DNA of 43,523 bases from Oculatellaceae cyanobacterium bins.114. Lineage in GTDB: Bacteria > Cyanobacteriota > Cyanobacteriia > Elainellales > Elainellaceae. Location: assembly GCA_033764315.1 (NCBI GenBank), contig JANRJA010000113.1:1-43523 (forward strand). The letters are read 5' to 3'. This document shows, one piece after another, positions 22,640-32,207 of this stretch (position 1 is the first letter of the stretch; each line of letters starts with the position of its first letter). Both the position numbers and the translations under genes were made by a program. The notes under the pieces are model-generated. The model did not search any database, had not been told where the DNA came from, and saw only the letters and a list, made by a program, of their open reading frames with translations.

Positions 22640-24952
22640 ATGCCCGATGTTATTGAGTTGGACGGTAAAAATTTTGTCCTTGCTGATCAGCTACCCTATC
22701 CAGAGTGGCCTTGTGTCGTAAGTGAAAGACCACAGCCAATTTTGACGCTAAAAGACGATGACCTGTTTTTGATTACCGATACGCTGGGTAATATTACAGG
22801 ATCGGTTGAGACTGGAACCAAAACAAGTTTGGGACTGTTTTGCCAAGATACTCGCTTTCTTAGTCGTCTAGAGCTACAAATCGAAGGGCGATCGCCAACT
22901 CTTCTCAGTAGCAATGCTGATAAAGGGTTTGCGTTGTCGGTGTTATGCACTAACCCCACGATTGAAAATCGCCTCCCCGCTGAGGTAGTCGGCATCCGTC
23001 GAGAGATAGTGTTGAATGGGGGGTTATTTGAAGAGGTAACCATTACAAACTACAGCACTAGCCCGATCACCTTTGAGCTTAGTCTCAGTTTTGACGCTGA
23101 CTTCATCGATTTATTTGAGGTGCGTGGGTTTAATCGTGAACATCGCGGGCGATTGCTGCGCTCTGTCCCTCCTCAAGTGCTTAACTCTATCAAAACCGAA
23201 TCGTCGGGAACGGCCATCGAAGGCGATCGCAGCGTTGATGAAGGAAGTTCACACAATCCCTCGTGGGTGCTTGAGCAAACCCCCTTACCCGAAGAGTTGG
23301 TGATGGCCTATCAGGGGCTAGATGGCTCTTTGATGGAGTCGCGGCTCCAGTTTCATCATCTGCAACCCAGTTATCTCAAAGGCTATACGGCGATTTGGCA
23401 ATTGCAGCTCGACTCCCACGAAACCCAGCAGTTGGGCTATCGGTTAGCCATGATGACTAATAACCGCTCGACCTCGGCGGTGAGTGCTCCGGTTACTCTG
23501 ATTCAAGCCAAGGCAGCAGAGCTACTAGAGGAAAAAAATTGGTGTGAACAGGCGACTCGCATTCGGTCTGACAACAAAGCCTTTAATCAAGTGCTTGAGC
23601 GAGCCGAACAAGATATTTATCTGTTGCGACAAACCTTTGGGAAACATAAGGTTCTTTCAGCTGGGGTGCCTTGGTTCTCCACGTTGTTTGGGCGAGATTC
23701 CATTATCTCTGCTTCTCAAACCCTGATTATCGATCCGGCGATCGCCCGCGAGACGTTGACCGTGTTAGCTCACTATCAAGGCAAAACGTTTGACGATTGG
23801 CGCGAAGAAGAACCTGGCAAGATTTTGCATGAACTTCGCCTGGGTGAGATGGCGCGGTGTCAAGAAGTGCCTCACACTCCCTATTACGGCACCGTGGATG
23901 CTACCCCGTTGTGGCTCATGTTATATGCCGAGTATTATGCCTGGACTTACGATCGCGAAACCCTCGATCGATTGTGGAATCATGCTCTGGCCGCAATGGA
24001 ATGGATCGATCGCAACTGTGAGGGCAATGGCTATCTCAGCTATAACCGCCGCTCTAGCCGGGGCTTAGTCAACCAGGGTTGGAAGGATTCAGGCGATTGC
24101 ATTGTCGATCGCAATGGGGTTTTAGCGACTGGGGCGATCGCTCTGTGTGAAGTGCAGGGATATGTCTATGCGGCCAAGGTACGATTGAGCGACATCGCCC
24201 GCATGAAAAAGCGTCTCGACTTAGCCGATCGCTGGCAAGAAGAAGCCCATGATCTGAAAGTGCGCTTTAACCGAGACTTTTGGCTACCTGATCAGGGCTA
24301 TTGTGCACTGGCACTTGACGGAGATGGTAAACCTGTAGATAGCATCACCTCCAATCCGGGGCACTGTCTCCATTTGGGCATCTTGTTACCCGAACATGCC
24401 CGCAGTGTAGCCGAACGGCTTCAAGCCCCTGATATGTTTAATGGGTGGGGCATTCGCACCCTCAGCAGTCTTTCACCGGCCTATAACCCAATGGGCTATC
24501 ACGTCGGCTCGGTATGGCCTCATGACAATGGATTGATTGCGATGGGGTTGCGATCGCTAGGACTGGTTGATCAAGCGTTGGAGGTGTCTCAAGGCATCAT
24601 CGATATGACCTTGCAACAACCCTATCAACGCCCTCCTGAGTTGTTCTGTGGTTATGAACGGGTGGGAGACAGCGGCCCGGTGCATTATCCCGTTGCCTGC
24701 TCTCCTCAAGCCTGGGCAACAGGCACCATTTTTCAACTCCTGCAAATGATGGTTAATCTAGTGCCTGATGCGGCTAATAATTACTTGCGAATTATTGACC
24801 CAGCCTTACCTGAATCACTCCATCGGTTGTCGTTGCACAATTTGCGAATTGGGCAAACCTTGATCGATTTGGAGTTTGAGCGATCTAACGGCACAACGGC
24901 TTGTCGCGTTACTAAAAAGCGGGGCAACTTGCGAGTAGTGATTGAGGCATAA
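22640..24952 (+). CDS. Amylo-alpha-1,6-glucosidase/glycogen-debranching-like glycoside hydrolase
   Basis: N-terminal DTRFLSRLEL domain, AGVPWFSTLFGRDS, EEPGKILHE, YYGTVDATPL, NQGWKDS, YHVGSVWPHD and ACSPQAWA motifs. Confidence 0.92.
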   Translation: MPDVIELDGKNFVLADQLPYPEWPCVVSERPQPILTLKDDDLFLITDTLGNITGSVETGTKTSLGLFCQDTRFLSRLELQIEGRSPTLLSSNADKGFALSVLCTNPTIENRLPAEVVGIRREIVLNGGLFEEVTITNYSTSPITFELSLSFDADFIDLFEVRGFNREHRGRLLRSVPPQVLNSIKTESSGTAIEGDRSVDEGSSHNPSWVLEQTPLPEELVMAYQGLDGSLMESRLQFHHLQPSYLKGYTAIWQLQLDSHETQQLGYRLAMMTNNRSTSAVSAPVTLIQAKAAELLEEKNWCEQATRIRSDNKAFNQVLERAEQDIYLLRQTFGKHKVLSAGVPWFSTLFGRDSIISASQTLIIDPAIARETLTVLAHYQGKTFDDWREEEPGKILHELRLGEMARCQEVPHTPYYGTVDATPLWLMLYAEYYAWTYDRETLDRLWNHALAAMEWIDRNCEGNGYLSYNRRSSRGLVNQGWKDSGDCIVDRNGVLATGAIALCEVQGYVYAAKVRLSDIARMKKRLDLADRWQEEAHDLKVRFNRDFWLPDQGYCALALDGDGKPVDSITSNPGHCLHLGILLPEHARSVAERLQAPDMFNGWGIRTLSSLSPAYNPMGYHVGSVWPHDNGLIAMGLRSLGLVDQALEVSQGIIDMTLQQPYQRPPELFCGYERVGDSGPVHYPVACSPQAWATGTIFQLLQMMVNLVPDAANNYLRIIDPALPESLHRLSLHNLRIGQTLIDLEFERSNGTTACRVTKKRGNLRVVIEA

Positions 24953-25027
24953 GAAATTTCTTCTGCAAATGTCCTGATTTAAGGGGCGATCGCTCGTACA
25001 TAGGAGTGGTAGATGCACCCTGATTAC

Positions 25028-25055
25028 AACCTCCGGTTTACCCCGGAGGTTTTTT
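25028..25055 (+). terminator. Intrinsic terminator
   Basis: AACCTCCGG-TTTACC-CCGGAGGTT followed by a T tract. Confidence 0.8.
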
Positions 25056-25283
25056 ATTGCAGTGTTTAATCGTCTGCATTAGCTCCAAACATAAATCTGT
25101 GCACCTCTGATGAAGTACACAGACAGTTGAGTATTGCCAGAACAACGTATTTTGGAGGATTGGTGTAATTGACTTTGATTTCATTGAGCTTCTCACACCT
25201 AGCTCCTCAGGTGTAACCGAGGAGACAGCCCTCGATTACACCCCTATCCGAGACTATCGACTTGTTATAACGCTGTCACACCC

Positions 25284-27542
25284 TTAAGCGATCGCAAAGT
25301 TGCGGCTCGTCAAGTTAGTAGAGGTAACATTTTGCAGCGTTGCCAACGTCACAAAGTTGGTGCCAGCACCGCTACCATCCGCGTCAATACGAACTTGAGT
25401 GCTGCTGCCTACTTGCTGTAAGCGGACAAACTGGGTCAGGCGAGCTGACACACTTGTGCCACCAAATCGGCTCTGACTAAAGATAGCACGCAGGTCAATC
25501 ACATCAATGCTGGTCTGGAAGTCGGTGATGGTGTTGCTGCTGCCAGTCAAAAGGCTGCAAACAAACTGGTCTCCACCAGCCCCACCTCTCATAGTGTTGT
25601 TTCCAGCACCCCCATCCAGAATATCGAAGCCTCGGCCACCGAGCAATTCATCATTGCCGTTGCCACCCGATAAGAAGTCTCTACCGCCACCTCCAAACAG
25701 GTAGTCATTGCCATCGTCACCATAGAGGAAGTCATCACCAAAGCTGGCAACAAAGCGTCCACCAAAGATGCGATCGTCGCCACCGCCACCGCGAAGGATG
25801 TTTTGCTTATGCTCACCACGCAACACTTCACCTTGGCTGGTGCCAGTCCGTCTTACCCCAGCAAAGGCTTGAGTAAAGGTAATAGAGGAGAAGGCAACCC
25901 CAATTTCGTTGATGATAACGGTGATGCCCGTGTTGCCTGTACCACCTGTGCCGCCCGTGCCACCCGTACCGCCCGTGCCACCCGTGCCACCTGTGCCACC
26001 AGTACCACCTGTAGAAGTAGCATTCACTTGCCAGGTATCATTGACACCCGCAGCCAGTGCGTTACCTGCTGCGTCAGTGATGTTGCTGGTTGCCAAAGAC
26101 AGTTGATAGCTGCCAGCTGTGCCGGTCAACCCTGTTAAGTTGCCCAAAGTCCAAGTTGTACCACTGTTGGTTAGGGTTGCACCTGTGAGAGACACTGCAC
26201 TGCCACCCCGAGTCAAACTCAAATCAGTGACATCAAAATTGTTAACCGCTTCACTAAACTGAATGGTAATTGTGTCTACAGCCGTTGTGCGAGGGTCGGG
26301 AGTGACATCAATGATATCAACGGTTGGGTTTTGAGTATCAATGACCAGTGCTTTGTTAGCACCCAGAGAGCCTGTAGCAGCAGGAGCAGGTAGTGTGGTG
26401 TTGACATTCACGCCACTAGCATCGCGAATGGTGCCACCATTTAAGGTTAATGCAGCCACAGAAGCATAATCTAAGTCGAGGCTAGTGTCACCTGCTTGCA
26501 CGGTGTAGTTAAAGGTCAAGGTGTTGGTGCCAGTGCCGCTAGCATAAGTTGCAAACTGATCCGTTACGCCTGTTTCTAATAATAGGCGAGGTGCACCTGT
26601 GACGTTCACGATTTGATCAAAAGCAACTGTGATGGCGATGACATCACCCGCATTGTAGGAACCATCCAGAGCGGTTGAAGAGACAGCGGTGAGCTTGGCA
26701 GAGGTGTTTTCAAAATAGTTGATAATCCCTGTGTCTTCACCGATGTAGGCATCTAGATCACCGTCGCCATCTGTGTCACCAAATCTCAATGTGCTGTTTG
26801 CACCGACATCTACGCCAGTGAAAGGATTGGCAGCACCAGTCCGTTGGACAAGAGTAGGAGCAGTGAGGGTTCCAGTGTTTTCGTAGTAGGTGATAGTGCC
26901 TGCATCTCTACCTAAGAATGCGTCCAAGTCCCCGTCGCGATCGAAGTCTACAAACGCTAAGTTACTGGCTGCCCCAACATCTACACCGTTGAACGGATTC
27001 TGTGCACCTGTTACAACCGTGAAGGTCGGAGAAATCGGGCTTCCAGTATTACGGTAAAAGTTGACGGTACCATCCGATTCAGCGATAAATGCATCTGCAT
27101 CGCCATCACCATCAATGTCAGCAAATACAGGAGCCGAATCATTGCCCACAGTTACGTTTAAGGGATTGGCTGCACCTGTACGTTGCACAAATGTAGGAGT
27201 AGCCGCACTTCCTGTATTTTCGTAGTAGTTGATATTACCTGCGTTTTCACCAATGAAGGCATCCAGATCGCCATCTCCATTGATATCAACAAAGGTCGGC
27301 GTGCTGTTTGTTCCAACGTCTACACCGTTAAAGGAGTTGGCAGCTCCAGTGCGCTGCACAAAGGTAGGAGCAGTTCGAGTTCCAGTATTTTCGTAATAGT
27401 TGATACTGCCTGAGTCTCCCCCGATAAAGACATCCTGGTCACCATCTCCATTAATATCAACTAAAACTGGAGCAGAATTGTTTCCAACATCTACACCGTT
27501 CAGAGGATTTGCCGCATTGGTACGTTGAATAAAACCTGCCAT
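25284..27542 (-). CDS. Secreted Ca-binding adhesin-like protein: 5 FG-GAP/VCBS repeats, two Ig-like domains, (TGG)8 linker, RTX repeats, T1SS-type C-terminus
   Basis: Five ~57-aa repeats with DxxGDGDxDAFIG...YYENTG, GGxGxDxLxG nonapeptides, and C-terminal ITDFQTSIDVIDL...IDADGSG. No Sec signal; AAGGAG RBS. Confidence 0.88.
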   Translation of the reverse strand: MAGFIQRTNAANPLNGVDVGNNSAPVLVDINGDGDQDVFIGGDSGSINYYENTGTRTAPTFVQRTGAANSFNGVDVGTNSTPTFVDINGDGDLDAFIGENAGNINYYENTGSAATPTFVQRTGAANPLNVTVGNDSAPVFADIDGDGDADAFIAESDGTVNFYRNTGSPISPTFTVVTGAQNPFNGVDVGAASNLAFVDFDRDGDLDAFLGRDAGTITYYENTGTLTAPTLVQRTGAANPFTGVDVGANSTLRFGDTDGDGDLDAYIGEDTGIINYFENTSAKLTAVSSTALDGSYNAGDVIAITVAFDQIVNVTGAPRLLLETGVTDQFATYASGTGTNTLTFNYTVQAGDTSLDLDYASVAALTLNGGTIRDASGVNVNTTLPAPAATGSLGANKALVIDTQNPTVDIIDVTPDPRTTAVDTITIQFSEAVNNFDVTDLSLTRGGSAVSLTGATLTNSGTTWTLGNLTGLTGTAGSYQLSLATSNITDAAGNALAAGVNDTWQVNATSTGGTGGTGGTGGTGGTGGTGGTGGTGNTGITVIINEIGVAFSSITFTQAFAGVRRTGTSQGEVLRGEHKQNILRGGGGDDRIFGGRFVASFGDDFLYGDDGNDYLFGGGGRDFLSGGNGNDELLGGRGFDILDGGAGNNTMRGGAGGDQFVCSLLTGSSNTITDFQTSIDVIDLRAIFSQSRFGGTSVSARLTQFVRLQQVGSSTQVRIDADGSGAGTNFVTLATLQNVTSTNLTSRNFAIA
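25941..26012 (-). repeat. 9-bp coding tandem repeat encoding (Thr-Gly-Gly)x8
   Basis: Eight 9-nt units with varied third codon positions. Confidence 0.9.
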
Positions 27543-28982
27543 GGTTTAGGTCTCCTTAGTTACAAATATTTCACAGTGAGCACTAGTCGTGCGATCGCTT
27601 CTACGTCATGACTCACAACGCTATTAAGCCGACGTATGGGCAATTTGAGGGCTGGCATGTCGGTGAGCAAAGAGTCGATTTAGTCGCGCAAAACCACAGC
27701 CTTGTGGATGACACAGACCGCATGCATCAATAACGCTTCACGTTGCAAATGTTTTAATAACTTGAGTGATGAGTCAAAAGACCGCTCAGGTTATTCGCCT
27801 ATCATTCAACGCCGCGCCTATTTAAGCTGAAAGATTTGCCTGATTCGTCGTTAGAGCAGAATTGTAGACCTGCTTTGTAGTCAGGATGATAGAAACTACA
27901 TTAACAAACTAGGCTCTAACAACATCCACTCATGAGACATGATTAGACGCGAGGAAAATAAGTGTGCCACATGGAATGGCGATGGAAAAAACGCGAGATC
28001 AATCGACCATAGGCTTTAACTGAATAACTTTGAATTAAGAATTTGTCCTACAGGTTGTACTTCCAGTTAGCAAGATGATTGCTGTGAAACTATGAGTAGA
28101 TGCAAATGCTGTAGTACCCAGTAGACAAATTCAAATTGCGGCTAACAATCAACTGCGTAGTTGCTCTGCTAATTCAACATTCGAGTGCATTGTGAAGGGC
28201 TTAACTCTCAGTAGTGTTTATCAGATTAATCTTCAAATTCCTACCTCGATCATTTCCCATGCACAGATCTGTGTTGAATTAGAATGAAAAATTCATAAGT
28301 ATCCAAGCATTAAAATGTAATGTTTCAGTTAAGGATGATTGAGGATATACATTCAACCATCCAACAACTTATTTATACTCATAAGCTAAGTTCATTGGAC
28401 ACTACTATCTCCGCATCTTCACGGAAACTTGGGATTTTTCCTATCTTTCAGTAAGTGTTATGAATTTTACGTAAAAACTCGGCTATCTATTCCTGGAATT
28501 GCAGGACAGATCCGCTTAATTTACATCTAATTTAGGAAAATTCACTGATTTGCATTAGATCAACTCTATACAAGCTTCTTTCAATGCTGACCTTCTCCCA
28601 TTTAGATGAGACCGAGTCAGGGAAAGTACGTAACTTAATTCGGTAATTAAGGCTTTAAGTCAAGGTTTGATTAAGTTTAGCCGTACTTCACCTTTTCCTC
28701 TGCCTTCAGATAGATCTTGAAGCGAGAGAAAATTCATATTCTTGAGGAGAGTAAGAACCTCAATAAACGCTCCTGCCCCCAAATGCTCTGCTTTGGGGGT
28801 TTCGTCTTTTGCTCCTTCTGAGAATTACCTCTTTTTTATAAAGATTCAGTTGTTGAGGGGGTTTTGAGTGACATTGATGTGAAGTGTCCTGATTATTGGT
28901 GCGATCGCTTGCAAATAGAAGCGACAGGACTGTTGGGCTTAGCGCGTTCACATAGGACAACAAGATCAGGTAAAACCTTCTC

Positions 28983-30428
28983 ATGAAAATGGTCGTCAAA
29001 CGGGTGAAGTGGATCCGTTACTCACGCCTCAATCAGCGGAGATTGGCAGTTCACCGATTTACACTTCGACTAATGGTAACAGCGTTGCTCATTTCTGGGC
29101 CTATTTTGCCTGGTCGTGCGCAATCTATCTCACCGTCTGCTTTGCCCCCTGCGGGTGCCACGATGCAGTTGACCGAAGGCTATGTCTTGGGAGTGGGCGA
29201 TCGCGTGCGGGTTGACATCTACAATGTGCCAGAGTACAGCGGTGAATATCGGGTGCTGGCAGATGGGTCGCTCAGCCTACCCGGAATTGGAGCCGTCTCA
29301 GTACAAGGATTCACCTTGCAACAAGCCTCTCAGGTACTCTCAAGCCGCTATATCGCCGTTTTGCGCCGTCCTGTGGTGACACTGACCTTATTAGAGGCAC
29401 GCCCCATTACGATCGCGATCGCAGGGGAGGTGCGTCGTCCGGGTTCTTACACCGTCTCACCCACATCCGGTGTCCCTAATCTGACTCAAGCGTTGCAACT
29501 GGCGGGTGGGGTCACAGGCACTGCTAATATTCGTGAGATTCAAGTGCGGCGTCCTCGACCTGCCAATCGTGGCTCAGAGCTGTTGACGGTCGATCTGTGG
29601 CAACTCTTGCAGCAGGGTGACTTGCGCCAGGATCTGCTCCTACGGGATGGAGATAGCATCGTCATCCCCACGGCCACCGCGATGAACCTGGATGAAGCCC
29701 GACAGCTTGCCAATACGAGTTTTACCGCTCCCAGTGAGCCGATTCAGGTGGCTGTAGTGGGGCAAGTCAATCGTCCGGGGCCTCATATTTTGAACCCCTC
29801 TAGCGAAGGGAGCGATCGCCCCCAAGTTCCCACGGTGACTCAGGCGATCCAAACGGCGGGCGGCATTACTCAAACGGCTGACATTCGCAATATTGAGGTG
29901 CGGCGAACGGGTTCTAACGGCTCTACCCAAAGTATCAAAGTTGATTTTTGGCAGCTATTACAGGCGGGCGATCTGAATCAAGACTTGCCCCTGCAACCTG
30001 GAGATACCGTTTTTATCCCCACTGCAACGGCTCTAACGCCCAGTCAGATCACGGCTCTTGGCTCAGCCAGTTTTGCCGCCACTGAAATGACCGTTAATGT
30101 GGTGGGTGAGGTTGCCAGCCCAGGGGCGATCGCACTGCGCCCTAATACTCCCCTAAACCAAGCCGTTTTGGCAGCAGGGGGATTTAACAATCGTGCCCGT
30201 CGAGGCACCGTGCAATTGATTCGGCTCAACCCTGATGGGACTGTGTCTCAACAACGCATCTCGGTCGATTTTGCTCAAGGCGTTAGCAGTGAAAATAACC
30301 CTGCTCTGCGACCAAACGACACAGTTGTGGTTGGGCGATCGAGCCTGACCCAGGTAGGCGACACCTTAGGCACTTTGCTATCGCCTGTCACAGGCGTATT
30401 TGGTCTGTTTCGATTACTGGGTTTATAG
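28983..30428 (+). CDS. Polysaccharide export outer-membrane protein (Wza/OPX, SLBB domains)
   Basis: YVLGVGDRVRVDIY...VLADGSLSLP Poly_export motif and three SLBB repeats (GEVRRPG, GQVNRPG, GEVASPG). Start uncertain. Confidence 0.9.
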   Translation: MKMVVKRVKWIRYSRLNQRRLAVHRFTLRLMVTALLISGPILPGRAQSISPSALPPAGATMQLTEGYVLGVGDRVRVDIYNVPEYSGEYRVLADGSLSLPGIGAVSVQGFTLQQASQVLSSRYIAVLRRPVVTLTLLEARPITIAIAGEVRRPGSYTVSPTSGVPNLTQALQLAGGVTGTANIREIQVRRPRPANRGSELLTVDLWQLLQQGDLRQDLLLRDGDSIVIPTATAMNLDEARQLANTSFTAPSEPIQVAVVGQVNRPGPHILNPSSEGSDRPQVPTVTQAIQTAGGITQTADIRNIEVRRTGSNGSTQSIKVDFWQLLQAGDLNQDLPLQPGDTVFIPTATALTPSQITALGSASFAATEMTVNVVGEVASPGAIALRPNTPLNQAVLAAGGFNNRARRGTVQLIRLNPDGTVSQQRISVDFAQGVSSENNPALRPNDTVVVGRSSLTQVGDTLGTLLSPVTGVFGLFRLLGL

Positions 30429-30435
30429 ATTTTTT

Positions 30436-30471
30436 GGTAGTCCTAAACAAGTAAGGACTACCGATTTTTTT
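30436..30471 (+). terminator. Intrinsic terminator after the OPX gene
   Basis: GGTAGTCCT-N9-AGGACTACC followed by GATTTTTTT. Confidence 0.8.
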
Positions 30472-30567
30472 ACTCCCAAAGAGGGTGGGCAATGACATTA
30501 GCACTATGTCACTGTGTACATAAGTGTTTATGTCAAATATATCTCGTGCTGCAACGAGGAGATAAAT

Positions 30568-31332
30568 ATGTCTCAGTCATTTAAAGATCAAATTACTACT
30601 GATATTCAAAAAGCAAAAGAAGAAGGAAAGTTGCGGAGCGATCGCCTTCGAGAGATTATGAAGTTAGCTGTATCGAGTGCAGCTTCTGAATTGAGAGAAG
30701 GTTCTACTGAAATTCGATCACTGGTAAGAGATGCAGTTGTAACGGCGATTGATTCTCTCAAGGATCGGGGCAACGAAGCACGAGAAGAAATTACGGCTTC
30801 TATTGAAGGTGCAATTGAGGGAATTAGTGAAAGCAGACGACAGGCGATCGCTAAATCAGAAGTCGAAATGCAACGCTTGCAATCTCAAATTGATAGTCAG
30901 GAAAAAGAACTGCAAGACGATATTGATTACGCTTTAAACGACATTGAAGCAAATAGTAACGGTACGTCTGAAAATGTTAAAGCAGCAGTCAAATCATCCT
31001 TGAGTAGCATTCGTGATAGTGAGGAAGTAGCTTTGTTGCGTAAACGATATGCTCAGTTGCAAACTCAAATCTCAGTCGTTAAAGCCAATCTCAGTGCTCG
31101 GTACGGCGAACGCTATGACGAGGCCAGAAGACATCTGAATGAGGCTCAAACCTGGTATGCAGAAGCCGTGCAACGGGCTGAAAACCAAACCGACACTCAG
31201 CAAGATCGGTTGCAGGAAAAACAAGCCGAGGTTGAAGCAAAAATGAGTCAGGCAGGCACTGCCTTAGCTCGCAAGGAACGTCAGGTACGTCAATTACTCA
31301 AAGATTTGTGGCATACCGTTTCTGATGTCTAA
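30568..31332 (+). CDS. Hypothetical all-helical coiled-coil protein
   Basis: 254-aa charged helical ORF with a strong GAGGAG RBS before ATG 30568; no catalytic motif recognised. Confidence 0.85.
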   Translation: MSQSFKDQITTDIQKAKEEGKLRSDRLREIMKLAVSSAASELREGSTEIRSLVRDAVVTAIDSLKDRGNEAREEITASIEGAIEGISESRRQAIAKSEVEMQRLQSQIDSQEKELQDDIDYALNDIEANSNGTSENVKAAVKSSLSSIRDSEEVALLRKRYAQLQTQISVVKANLSARYGERYDEARRHLNEAQTWYAEAVQRAENQTDTQQDRLQEKQAEVEAKMSQAGTALARKERQVRQLLKDLWHTVSDV

Positions 31333-31468
31333 GGCTGAGTCATTGCATGCTGATTAACAAGGTTTCGATTCCCCATACATTTCCCTTTTAAGTCGTGTGG
31401 GTTTCTTTTTTATCAAGCAAGCGTTTACATACAAGCCTTCCGCTTGAGAACTGGAGTGTTTTGATTTT

Positions 31469-31838
31469 CCCTAATCCTCCTTTACTAAGGGGTCAAATGG
31501 ACTCAAAGTACTCCTTCTCTAAGGTCACTGTATACATACAAGTTCTCCTAGCACTCTAAATCCCTTAACTTTTGGAGGACTTTGAGTCTTTGCCAAGAGC
31601 GTTGCCCCCACCCGAAACGCCCGGACTTGGAACCGATGCGAAGCGCGTCTTTGGGTGAATTGAAACACCGTCTGCTAGGGGGTTTGGGGGAGGCAGTGGC
31701 GTCCCCCAATGGGGGTTTGGGGGAGACTCCCCCAATGCCTGGTTTGCAAACACTTGCAACAATCCTGCACCTCATTTGGAAGGAAGCAGAGAGCTCTGTG
31801 TACACGGCAGCTTCTCTAAAGGGGAGTTTAGGGGGAAT
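31469..31838. repeat. CCCCTT...AAGGGG-type cyanobacterial dispersed repeat split by an insertion
   Basis: Left part CCCTAATCCTCCTTTACTAAGGGG...TCAAAGTACTCCTTCTCTAAG; right part TTCTCTAAAGGGGAGTTTAGGGGGAAT. Confidence 0.6.
31524..31811. mobile_element. MITE family D (~288 bp) with 9-bp target duplication
   Basis: Ends GTCACTGTATACATAC / CTGTGTACACGGCAGC flanked by TTCTCTAAG and TTCTCTAAA; a second right end CTCTGTGTACACAGTAGC at 31865-31882. Confidence 0.7.
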
Positions 31839-32207
31839 TTGCAAGAGTTTTGAGATGAGTCAAACTCTGTGTACACAGTAGCTTTTCAAGCAGAAAACAG
31901 AGACAGGCAAGCAATAGTAACCCTGTTAAGGGCTGAGTTTTATATGGCAAATTAGCTCTCGAATCAGAAGAGGATGACGGATAAACGATCAAGGATCACA
32001 ATGTAATCCAAGTAGTAATCCAAGTAATCTCATTGATCTTGTGCCCTCTAAGCCTTTATTTTTCGGTCTTTCGTCCCTCTGTGCGATCGCCCCCTGACTT
32101 CCGTTTCTGACAAAAAAGAGTTAGCGTAGCGTTGGGAGCAGTTGTAATCTGACCTTTTGGGTTCAGATTTTATTTGCCTGTCCCAAATCGAATTCAACTA
32201 GTCTTTT

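Noticed and set aside
26700..27540. ~170-bp periodic DNA repeats as a non-coding array
   Set aside because: They are the in-frame FG-GAP protein repeats with synonymous divergence.
27640..27860. c-di-GMP-I riboswitch upstream of the adhesin
   Set aside because: GGCAAA- and CGCAAAACC-like words are present but on inconsistent strands and without the paired GNRA/receptor stems.
31548..31881. ORFs of 98, 65 and 99 aa
   Set aside because: They lie within the nested MITE region and have no protein-like features.
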